Shown: piece by piece, positions 30,726 to 38,821 of the stretch
Layout of the letters: each line of letters starts with the position of its first letter
Position numbering within the stretch: the first letter of the stretch is position 1
NCBI GenBank assembly: GCA_050742455.1
Contig: JBOGIG010000029.1
Coordinates: 3,455-67,454, forward strand
Direction: 5' to 3'
Length of the DNA: 64,000 nt
Source of the DNA: Acidimicrobiales bacterium
Lineage (GTDB): Bacteria; Actinomycetota; Acidimicrobiia; Acidimicrobiales; JBOGIG01
Translations under genes and position numbers: made by a program
Notes under the pieces: generated by a model
Databases searched by the model: none
The model's input: only the letters and a program-made list of their open reading frames with translations
What the model was told of the DNA's origin: nothing

Positions 30726-31837
30726 GGCAGGGTCTGGACCTCCACCGACAGAACGGCGGGCAGATCTCGGACTATGGGCTCCCAGCTGTCCCCGGAGTCG
30801 GCCGACGCATAGACCTGTCCACCGGTGGTGCCGAAGTACACCCCACACGAATCCAGGCTGTCGATGGCCATGGAGTCCCGCAGCACGTTGACATAGCAAT
30901 CCCGCTGAGGCAGACCTTTCCCGAGCGGCTCCCACTCTTCCCCACCGCTGCGGCTGCGATAGACCCGCAGGCATCCGTCCGGCGGGTAGTGCTCCGAGTC
31001 GCTCTTGATGGGCACGACATAAATCGTCTCGGGTTCGTGGGCATGCACGTCGACGACGAATCCGAAGTCGCTGGGCAAGTTGCCACTGATCTCTCGCCAT
31101 GTTTCGCCGCCGTTGTCGCTGCGCATGACGTCCCAGTGCTTCTGCATGAACACGACATCGGGACGACTGGGGTGGGCGGCGAGGCGGTGAACGCAGTGTC
31201 CCACCTCGGCTGTGGGCTCAGGGATGTTTTCGGATCGCAGGCCAACATTGGCCGGTCGCCAGGTCAGCCCGGCATCGTCGGAGCGAAACACCCCCGCAGC
31301 CGAGATAGCCACCAGGATGCGATTGGAATCGTCCCGATCCAACAGGATGGTGTGCAGGCACATACCCCCGGCCCCGGGCTGCCACGACGGCCCCGAGGCG
31401 TGGCCCCGTAGGCCGGACAGCTCTTCCCACTGCCCACCTCCATCGGTTGAGCGGAACAGGGCGGCATCCTCGACCCCGGCGTAGACCGTGTCGGGATCGA
31501 GGGGCGAAGGTTCAAGATGCCATACCCGGGCGAACTCCCACGGATGGGGCGTGCCATCGTAGAACTGGTGGGTACCGGGCACGCCGTCGTAACGGAACTC
31601 GTTGCCCACTGGGCGCCACGTGACCCCGCCGTCGTCGGACCTCTGGATCACTTGCCCGAACCAGCCCGTGGACTGCGAGGCATAAAGGCGGTCAGGCTCG
31701 ACCGGGGATCCCTTGAGGTGGTAAATCTCCCACCCGCCGAAGTGAGGTCCGTTGATATCCCACTTCTGACGCTTGGCGTCCGAGGAGAGGATGAACGCTC
31801 CCTTGCGGGTGCCGACCAACACCCTTACTCCGCTCAT
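30722..31837 (-). CDS. BNR/Asp-box repeat beta-propeller protein (annotated in databases as sialidase/glycosyl-hydrolase-like; function unknown)
   Basis: Six S-x-D-x-G-x-x-W-type boxes: [54 protein letters not shown]. No signal peptide is evident. Confidence 0.75.
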   Translation of the reverse strand: MSGVRVLVGTRKGAFILSSDAKRQKWDINGPHFGGWEIYHLKGSPVEPDRLYASQSTGWFGQVIQRSDDGGVTWRPVGNEFRYDGVPGTHQFYDGTPHPWEFARVWHLEPSPLDPDTVYAGVEDAALFRSTDGGGQWEELSGLRGHASGPSWQPGAGGMCLHTILLDRDDSNRILVAISAAGVFRSDDAGLTWRPANVGLRSENIPEPTAEVGHCVHRLAAHPSRPDVVFMQKHWDVMRSDNGGETWREISGNLPSDFGFVVDVHAHEPETIYVVPIKSDSEHYPPDGCLRVYRSRSGGEEWEPLGKGLPQRDCYVNVLRDSMAIDSLDSCGVYFGTTGGQVYASADSGDSWEPIVRDLPAVLSVEVQTLP

Positions 31838-31894
31838 TCGGTGCCCCCCTGGCTCGGCTGGTAGTGGCCATACCGTATCGCGGAGCCCGAGAGC

Positions 31895-32263
31895 TCAGGG
31901 CTCGATCAGGCCGGGCTCTCCCTGGTCGTTGAGCACCGCCAGGCCATGAGTGAACCAGGCCAACATGCCACCGTCCAGATTGCGGGCATCTATGCCACGG
32001 GGACGCAGGGCCTCGACCACCCGGGACGATCGGCCGCCCCGATGGCATACACATATGACCATTCGATCGGCCGGAAGTGCGTCGAGTTGGTCCAGAATCC
32101 CGCCCATGGGAATGTGGACAGCCCCGGGGGCATGGCCCAGGGCCCATTCGTCATCCTCTCGCACGTCAACCAGCACCGCTCCGGCGCTGATTAGATCATG
32201 GGCCTCAAGCGGTCCCACGCCCGCTCCCGGCTCAGGAGTTGGGGTCATCATCGCCGGCCACAT
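31895..32263 (-). CDS. Single-domain rhodanese-like sulfurtransferase
   Basis: VLVDVREDDEWALGHAPGAVHIP...VICVCHRGGRSSRV, with the active-site loop C-H-R-G-G-R-S. Confidence 0.8.
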   Translation of the reverse strand: MWPAMMTPTPEPGAGVGPLEAHDLISAGAVLVDVREDDEWALGHAPGAVHIPMGGILDQLDALPADRMVICVCHRGGRSSRVVEALRPRGIDARNLDGGMLAWFTHGLAVLNDQGEPGLIEP

Positions 32264-32362
32264 CCATATTCATCGAGCCCACGGCGGCCGCGGCCACCGG
32301 GTCCAGCGGGATCAGACTCGTCATCGGCATCCACCTCCAGGAGTTGAGCCTATTGTTCTGGC

Positions 32363-32587
32363 ATGTTCGACAAGTTCGATCAAATCGTGCGCTGCCGGGA
32401 TGGCCACCTGTTCACCACCATCTGGATCCCCCTGGCCTCATTCAAGGCCGTTCGCCTGGGCTCGAAGAGATGGCAGCACTGCCCGGTGGGCCGGCATTGG
32501 GTGACGGTCGAAATGGTTGACGAGAACAGCTTGAGCCCGAGCGATCTGAGCCAGGCCCGATCGGTCCACGACATCCGTATCCCCTGA
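32363..32587 (+). CDS. Small conserved hypothetical protein with possible Cys/His metal site
   Basis: 74 aa: MFDKFDQIVRCRDGHLFTTIWIP...WQHCPVGRHWVTV. The paired C-x3-H / C-x4-H elements give it the character of a real gene, but the family is unassigned. Confidence 0.45.
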   Translation: MFDKFDQIVRCRDGHLFTTIWIPLASFKAVRLGSKRWQHCPVGRHWVTVEMVDENSLSPSDLSQARSVHDIRIP

Positions 32588-32601
32588 TCGAACCCAGGTG
32601 C

Positions 32602-33399
32602 TCAGCCCAGGCCTAGGACAGCCGGCACCTGGTCGTGGGAATCCACCACGAAGTCGGCCGGGGGCGCATCGGGGCTGCCGGAGGGAGAACCCGCTGCGGG
32701 CGCAGGATTGTCGTCACTGATGCCCGTATAGCGGATGGCGATCATCCCCATGGCCTTGGCTCCCGCCACGTCGGTGCGGCTGATGTCGCCGACGTGGGCC
32801 ACCCGCTCCGGGACGGGGTTGCCCAGAGCGGCCAGAGCGTGCTCGAAGATCTGGGGGGCGGGCTTGTAATGGCCGACCTCGTCGGAAAAGGAAAATGCGG
32901 AAAAGAAGTCCAAGAGCCCGTGCTTGTCCAGAAAGACCCGAAGGACCCTCGACGGCGTGAACCCGACGTCACAGATAACCCCCAGGACCACCCCGGCCGA
33001 TCGCAGCCGCTCCAGGCAATCGCCAACGTGGGGAGTGGCATGGACATCGGCGTCGTGGATGGCCGTGGTGAACGCGGCGATGAGTTGTTGCCGCAACCCC
33101 TCGCTCATCGGGTATCCGAGATCCTCGACGATCTGGGTCGCCGCGGCCACCGCCACGAATTGCTCGTTGGCGTGCCACGACCGCACGTAGGTGTCCCAGG
33201 CCCGGTCGTAAACGGCATCCAGCGCCTCTCGCTCGGCCGGAAAACCGGCCTCTTCCAGCAGCCTGGCCCAGGCCGCCAGGCGGCGGCCCTTGAGGTGGCC
33301 CCGCTCCTCGTAGATGAGCGTGTTCCAAAAGTCGAAAGTTACCGCGTCCACTTTGCCCGGCGAGTCGGGCCCGGTTGATGCGCCACGTTGGTCCACCAT
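32602..33399 (-). CDS. HAD-superfamily hydrolase
   Basis: Motif I VTFDFWNTL, motif II (ICDVGFT) and motif IV HVGDISRTDVAGAKAMGM. Confidence 0.75.
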   Translation of the reverse strand: MVDQRGASTGPDSPGKVDAVTFDFWNTLIYEERGHLKGRRLAAWARLLEEAGFPAEREALDAVYDRAWDTYVRSWHANEQFVAVAAATQIVEDLGYPMSEGLRQQLIAAFTTAIHDADVHATPHVGDCLERLRSAGVVLGVICDVGFTPSRVLRVFLDKHGLLDFFSAFSFSDEVGHYKPAPQIFEHALAALGNPVPERVAHVGDISRTDVAGAKAMGMIAIRYTGISDDNPAPAAGSPSGSPDAPPADFVVDSHDQVPAVLGLG

Positions 33400-33412
33400 G
33401 TCTGTCGAGCGC

Positions 33413-34825
33413 TCAGGCCGGGGCCGGAGTGCGCAACACGCCCTCGGCCCGAGCCGCAGCTCCGACGGCCTTGGCCACGTTCTTGACCACGTCCTTGTTG
33501 AAGACGGACGGAACTATGTAGCTGGGCGATAGCTCCGACTCGGGTACAGTGGCGGCGATGGCCTCGGCGGCCGCCAGCTTCATCGACTCGGTGATGGAGT
33601 GCGATCCGACATCCAACGCCCCCCGGAAGATGCCGGGGAAGCACAAGACGTTGTTGATCTGATTGGGGTAGTCGCTGCGCCCGGTGGCGATCACCGCCGC
33701 AATCCCGTCCGCCTCTTCGGGCGTGACCTCGGGGTCGGGATTGGCCAGGGCGAAGACTATGGGGTCCTTACCCATGCGGCGTAGGTCGTCGTGTGACACC
33801 AGACCGGGTCCGCTTACTCCGATGAACAGGTCGGCTCCCGGCATTACCTGAGAGATAGAGCCCTGGCGCTTGTCCGGGTTGGTATTGAGAGCCATCCACG
33901 CCTTGGCTCCATCCAGGCCGGGGCGCCCTTCATAGATCGCCCCCTGGCGGTCCACTCCTACGATGTGGGTGACTCCGGCCTCGGAGAGGATCTTCGTGAT
34001 GGCGATGCCGGCCGCTCCCACCCCGGCAATGACAACCGACAGATCCTGCATCTTCTTGTCCACAACTTTGAGTGCATTGTTGAGGGCAGCCAGAACCACG
34101 ACCGCCGTACCGTGCTGGTCATCGTGAAAAACCGGTATGTCCAGGCTGGCCTTTAGGGCATCCTCGACCTCAAAGCACCGGGGGGCCGCCACATCCTCCA
34201 GGTTGATGCCACCGAACACAGGCTCGAGACGTTCGACCGTCTCGATCAACTCGGCCGCCGAGGTCACGTTCAGGCAAACGGGGAAAGCATCGATGCCGGC
34301 GAACTCCTTGAACAGCATGGCCTTCCCCTCCATCACCGGCAGGGAGGCGTAGGGCCCGATATCACCCAGGCCCAAAACGGCGGTCCCGTCGGTCACGATG
34401 GCCACCGAGTTCGCCTTGATCGTGTATTTGTGGGCCTCGGAGGGGTCCTTCGAAATGGCATTGCACACCCGGGCCACCCCCGGTGTGTAGGCCATGGACA
34501 GGTCGTCTCGGGTGGTAAGGGGGGACTTGGAGGTCACCTCGATCTTGCCCCCCAGGTGCATGCGGAACGTTCGGTCCAGGACCGACACGACCTCTATGCC
34601 GCTCAAGGCCGTTATGGCGTCCTTTATGCGGGTCACGTGGTCGGTGCCACTGGCAAGTACGGTGACGTCGCGGACCATCCGGGGACCGGCGATCTCGACG
34701 ATGTCCAAACCGAGGATATTGCCCCCGGCCCCGCCTATGGCGGTGGTAAGTCGGGCGAGCGTTCCTGGTTGGTTTTCCAGTTGCACCCTGATGGCTACCG
34801 AGTAAGAGGCATTGGGAGTTGGCAT
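33413..34825 (-). CDS. NAD(P)-dependent malic enzyme with N-terminal ACT domain
   Basis: I used the internal ATG at 34825, because the track start 34972 would overlap bldC. ACT-like IRVQLENQPGTLARLTTAIGGAGGNILGLDIV, then LSMAYTPGVARVC and GVGAAGIA. Confidence 0.85.
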   Translation of the reverse strand: MPTPNASYSVAIRVQLENQPGTLARLTTAIGGAGGNILGLDIVEIAGPRMVRDVTVLASGTDHVTRIKDAITALSGIEVVSVLDRTFRMHLGGKIEVTSKSPLTTRDDLSMAYTPGVARVCNAISKDPSEAHKYTIKANSVAIVTDGTAVLGLGDIGPYASLPVMEGKAMLFKEFAGIDAFPVCLNVTSAAELIETVERLEPVFGGINLEDVAAPRCFEVEDALKASLDIPVFHDDQHGTAVVVLAALNNALKVVDKKMQDLSVVIAGVGAAGIAITKILSEAGVTHIVGVDRQGAIYEGRPGLDGAKAWMALNTNPDKRQGSISQVMPGADLFIGVSGPGLVSHDDLRRMGKDPIVFALANPDPEVTPEEADGIAAVIATGRSDYPNQINNVLCFPGIFRGALDVGSHSITESMKLAAAEAIAATVPESELSPSYIVPSVFNKDVVKNVAKAVGAAARAEGVLRTPAPA

Positions 34826-34901
34826 CAGACCTGCAACGGTACTTGTGCTCGGCCCTGCCCTACCACACGGGGAGAGGTTCGGGCTTCCACACGGGGGAGG
34901 T

Positions 34902-35114
34902 TCAGGCCTCGCTGTAGCTGGCATCCTCGAGGCACTGGCGGATCTCCGATGCCCGGAAACGACGGTGGCCACCCAGAGTCCGCACCGCGGTGAGCTTGCC
35001 GGAACGGGCCCAACGGGTCACGGTCTTGGGGTTGACCCGGAATAGAGCCGCAACTTCCGCCGGAGTCAAGAGTGGATCTGGAACGGTTTGATCGGGCACG
35101 GGTTTCCTTTGCAT
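34902..35114 (-). CDS. bldC: BldC-family (MerR/excisionase-like) small DNA-binding protein
   Basis: LLTPAEVAALFRVNPKTVTRWARSGKLTAVRTLGGHRRFRASEI is near-identical in pattern to Streptomyces BldC, as I recall it. Confidence 0.8.
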   Translation of the reverse strand: MQRKPVPDQTVPDPLLTPAEVAALFRVNPKTVTRWARSGKLTAVRTLGGHRRFRASEIRQCLEDASYSEA

Positions 35115-35225
35115 TGTTCGGTCCGTTTAGTACCTTTTATGCTAAGAGGAAACGGGCAAACAGTCCATAGGTCGAACGGCCTATAATTCGGTCGTATTTA
35201 CCCTAAATGACTAGCCACCTTGTAG

Positions 35226-36371
35226 CTAAATATGACTAGCCCTCGCCAATATCATCCGGGCCTGTCCGGTTCCGGCCACCAACCGACCTACGACCGTGGC
35301 CTGGATCCCCGACAGGGCCAGCACATCGATGGCCACCTGCTGCTCTCCGTCAGGTAAGGCCATCACCATCCCCAAACCCAGGTTGAAGACCTTTTCCATC
35401 TCCGACGGTTCAATGTCTCCATGGCGTTGAATCTCGTCGAATATGGCAGGCACGGGCCACATGCCCTTGTGGATCTCGGCGTCGCAATTCGTCGGAAGGA
35501 TACGGGCCAGATTGGCGCAGATTCCTCCGCCGGTTATGTGGGCGATACCTCCTATCTCAACCTGACCAGAGTTGAGCAAACCAAGCACCGCGGGGGCATA
35601 GATGACCGAAGGCTCCAACAATTCGTCGGCCAGGCTGCGGTCCGCCCCGGCCCAGGCCGGTCCATCCAGAGCCAGTCCCCCCACGTCAAGGAGGGCCCGG
35701 CGGGCCAGCGAATAGCCGTTGGAACGCAAGCCGGGCGACCCCAGCCCCACCAGCACGTGACCCGGCCGCAACTTCGACCCGGTGATGACCGCGTCCTCTT
35801 CGACCACCCCGACGGCAAAACCCACCAGGTCGAACTGACCCGGCTCCATGACGCCGGGATGCTCGGCCATCTCGCCACCGATGAGAGAGCACCCGGCCAA
35901 GCGACAGCCCCGGGCCACCCCACCGACCAACTCGACCATCTCGGCCGGGCTCACCTTGCCCGTGGCCACGTAGTCCAGGAAGAAGAGGGGCTCAGCTCCC
36001 AGGCAGACCAGATCGTCAACGCACATGGCCACCAGGTCGATACCGATGGTATCGAGGCGTCCGGTCTGCTGCGCCACCACGGCTTTAGTCCCCACCCCGT
36101 CGGTGCCCGCCACCAGCACGGGACGTTGCCACCGGCCCGAAGCCAGACTGAACAGGCCACCGAAGCCTCCGATGTCGCCTCGTACCTCGGGCCGGAAAGT
36201 GGAAGCCACCAGGTCGGAGATGGCTCGCACGGCAGCCTCGCCTCCTTCGATGTCCACTCCGGCCCGGGCGTAGGTGAGCGGGCCGGTCGGTGACGTTTTG
36301 CCCGAGGCCGACCCGGACAGCCGAACAGGGCCTGAGTCCCGCTCAGGGCCTGCATGACTGCCCTCAGGCAC
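35226..36371 (-). CDS. purM: Phosphoribosylformylglycinamidine cyclo-ligase (AIR synthetase)
   Basis: YARAGVDIEGGEAAVRAI...GGFGGLF...DGVGTK. Confidence 0.9.
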   Translation of the reverse strand: MPEGSHAGPERDSGPVRLSGSASGKTSPTGPLTYARAGVDIEGGEAAVRAISDLVASTFRPEVRGDIGGFGGLFSLASGRWQRPVLVAGTDGVGTKAVVAQQTGRLDTIGIDLVAMCVDDLVCLGAEPLFFLDYVATGKVSPAEMVELVGGVARGCRLAGCSLIGGEMAEHPGVMEPGQFDLVGFAVGVVEEDAVITGSKLRPGHVLVGLGSPGLRSNGYSLARRALLDVGGLALDGPAWAGADRSLADELLEPSVIYAPAVLGLLNSGQVEIGGIAHITGGGICANLARILPTNCDAEIHKGMWPVPAIFDEIQRHGDIEPSEMEKVFNLGLGMVMALPDGEQQVAIDVLALSGIQATVVGRLVAGTGQARMILARASHI

Positions 36372-37824
36372 CCCGGGGGACTTCTTCCAGGCTGGATTTG
36401 GTCCAGGTCACCGGGACCTCCACCGGATAGTTGCCAGTAAGGCAGGCGCTGCAGAACCCACCCCCGGGAACACCAATGGCCTCGACGAGGTTCTCCAAAC
36501 TCAAAAAGGCCATCGAGTCGACCCCCAGGTAGGTCCGCATCTCGTCAAGGGTCATGTTGGCCGCCAGAAGCTCGGAGCGACTTCCCGTGTCGATGCCATA
36601 GAAGCAGGGCCAGGAATAGGGCGGTGACGACACCCTGAGATGTACTTCGGCGGCGCCGGCCTCCCGAAGCATCTTGGTAATGGCCCGCTGGGTCGTTCCC
36701 CGCACTATGGAATCGTCCACCACCACTACCCGGCGACCGGCAATGTTCTCCCTGAGCGGGTTGAGCTTGCGCCGCACTCCCCGGGCCCTGGCTTCCTGGC
36801 TGGGAGCGATGAAGGTACGTCCGATGTAGCGGTTCTTCACCAGGCCCTGGCCGTAGGGGATGCCGCTGGCCCGGGCGTAGCCTTCGGCAGCCGGCACCCC
36901 CGAATCGGGAACGCCCATGACGAGGTCGGCTTCTACCGGCGCCGTGGCGGCCAACAGCTCACCCATGCGCCGGCGGGCCCCGTGCACCTCCTGGCCATAA
37001 AGCCGGCTATCGGGGCGGGCAAAGTACACGAACTCAAAGATGCACAGCCGGGGATCCACCGCCCCGGGAGGGAAAGGCATGACCGATCGGGGCCCGTCGG
37101 CGTCGATGACGACCATTTCGCCCGGATCCAATTCCCGTACAAACTCGGCCCCGATCACGTCCAGGGCCGGGGTCTCGGATGCCAGCACCCACCCTTTGGT
37201 TGGGAGTCGGCCCAGGCACAACGGACGGAACCCATTGGGATCGCGCACCCCGATGAGCCGGTCGGCGTCCATGAGGACCAGGGAGAACGCTCCGGCCAGG
37301 CGGGGAAGGACCGTCACCAGTGCGGTCTCCAGGCCGCCCTGGTCCTCGCCGGGGAACGCCCTTGACACCATCTCGGCCACCAGATCGCTGTCGCTCGCCA
37401 CCGTGCCGGGGAGCATGCCCTCGTCAGCGGCCAGCTTGGCCGTATTGGTCAGGTTCCCGTTGTGACCCAAGGCGAATCCGGCGTCGCCCGCAGCTCGAAA
37501 TACCGGCTGGGCATTGCGCCAAGTGCTCGATCCCGTGGTCGAATACCGGGTGTGGCCGATGGCCAGGTAACCGTCCAGGCCGGACAGGGTCCTCTCGTCG
37601 AAGACATTGGTGACTAGGCCCATGTCTTTGACCACGGTGATGGTATCGCCGTCGCTAACGGCCATGCCCGCCGATTCCTGGCCCCGGTGTTGCAAGGAAA
37701 AAAGACCGTCGAAAGTGAGCTGAGCTACTGGCTCGCCCGCGGCCCGAACCCCAAATACGCCACACGCCTCTTTAGGGTGATCGTCCAGCTCGCTGCTCAA
37801 GCCGAAGGGCCGTTGGCCGGTCAC
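36364..37824 (-). CDS. purF: Amidophosphoribosyltransferase
   Basis: N-terminal nucleophile CGVFGV, PRPP loop VVVVDDSIVRGTT, and a C-terminal Cys cluster. Confidence 0.9.
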   Translation of the reverse strand: MTGQRPFGLSSELDDHPKEACGVFGVRAAGEPVAQLTFDGLFSLQHRGQESAGMAVSDGDTITVVKDMGLVTNVFDERTLSGLDGYLAIGHTRYSTTGSSTWRNAQPVFRAAGDAGFALGHNGNLTNTAKLAADEGMLPGTVASDSDLVAEMVSRAFPGEDQGGLETALVTVLPRLAGAFSLVLMDADRLIGVRDPNGFRPLCLGRLPTKGWVLASETPALDVIGAEFVRELDPGEMVVIDADGPRSVMPFPPGAVDPRLCIFEFVYFARPDSRLYGQEVHGARRRMGELLAATAPVEADLVMGVPDSGVPAAEGYARASGIPYGQGLVKNRYIGRTFIAPSQEARARGVRRKLNPLRENIAGRRVVVVDDSIVRGTTQRAITKMLREAGAAEVHLRVSSPPYSWPCFYGIDTGSRSELLAANMTLDEMRTYLGVDSMAFLSLENLVEAIGVPGGGFCSACLTGNYPVEVPVTWTKSSLEEVPRGA

Positions 37825-37960
37825 GCCTTCAAGTCTCCCACACCACCCCCTACGCTAGGCCAACCGCCCAGGCAAACCGGCATGAACCGAGACCCGGGGG
37901 AGGAGATCGCCCCGCCGGCTCAGAACTCGGGCGCCACGGCCATGCCTTAGCCTGGGCCTG

Positions 37961-38821
37961 GTGATCGACCTGCACACCCATTCAACCTGCTCGGACGGAT
38001 CCGAGACCCCCGAGAGGGTGGCCGAGCTGGCCCACGAGGCCGGGTGCCACGCCTTCGCCTTGACCGATCACGACACCACCGAGGGCCTGGGTCGGGCGGC
38101 CCGCCGGGCTGCAAAGCTGGGAGTCGAATTCGTCCCCGGTTGCGAGATCTCCTGTGAGTTCTCGCCGGGGAGCCTGCACGTGCTGGTTTATTTCGTGGCC
38201 GACGGTCACGGGCCGCTGGCCGACGAACTGGTCCGCCTACGCCAGGACCGTCTGGCGAGAAACCGTCAACTCGTGGCCCGCCTGTCGGGTCCTTCGGTGG
38301 GACTTGACATCACCGAGGACGATCTCGCCGCCGAGGCCGGCGGTGACCTGTCCCGGGCCGGCCGTCCCCACGTGGCCACCATCCTGATGCGGCGAGGGGT
38401 GGTGAAATCAATCCAGGAGGCGTTTGACACCCTGTTGTCCAAGGGTAGAGCCGGCTATGTGGGCAAGGGACGACTGGGGCCGGCCCAGGTGGCCGATCTG
38501 GCCCGCCAGTCCGGGGGCCTCGCCGTGCTGGCCCATCCCCTCAGCCTCGGGCTGGATCCGCCCTCGCTGGCGAGCGCGGTGGCGGAGCTGGCCTCGATGG
38601 GATTCGCCGGGATAGAAGCCACCTACGGCCGCTACTCCACCACCGAGCGGGCGGGGCTGGCCGATCTGGCCGCTCGCAACAACCTCGTCGCTACCGGAGG
38701 ATCCGACTTCCACGGGCAAGTCAAGCCGGACCTGGCCGTCGGTGCGGGCCGGGGTGACCTGGCCGTACCGACGGAGGCGCTGGTCGCCCTAAAAAGGCTA
38801 TTGGAGAGGCGACCCGGCTAG
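37961..38821 (+). CDS. PHP-domain metal-dependent phosphoesterase (TrpH/YciV-like)
   Basis: IDLHTHSTCSDGS...ALTDHDT...AHP...GGSDFHG. Confidence 0.8.
   Translation: MIDLHTHSTCSDGSETPERVAELAHEAGCHAFALTDHDTTEGLGRAARRAAKLGVEFVPGCEISCEFSPGSLHVLVYFVADGHGPLADELVRLRQDRLARNRQLVARLSGPSVGLDITEDDLAAEAGGDLSRAGRPHVATILMRRGVVKSIQEAFDTLLSKGRAGYVGKGRLGPAQVADLARQSGGLAVLAHPLSLGLDPPSLASAVAELASMGFAGIEATYGRYSTTERAGLADLAARNNLVATGGSDFHGQVKPDLAVGAGRGDLAVPTEALVALKRLLERRPG

Noticed and set aside
34902-35114. Excisionase of a prophage or ICE
   Set aside because: The sequence matches the chromosomal developmental regulator BldC family. Housekeeping genes (malic enzyme, purM) flank it, and no integrase is present.
37825-37960. 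Possible ZTP (pfl) or purine riboswitch in the purF leader
   Set aside because: The minus strand contains GCCUGGGCGG, vaguely like the CCGCCUGGGC 3' element of ZTP riboswitches. I could not find the conserved 5' subdomain (ACUGGCG-type and GGGUGG...CCACCGGG-type segments) or a consistent pseudoknot. A covariance-model scan (Rfam RF01750, RF00167) would settle it.
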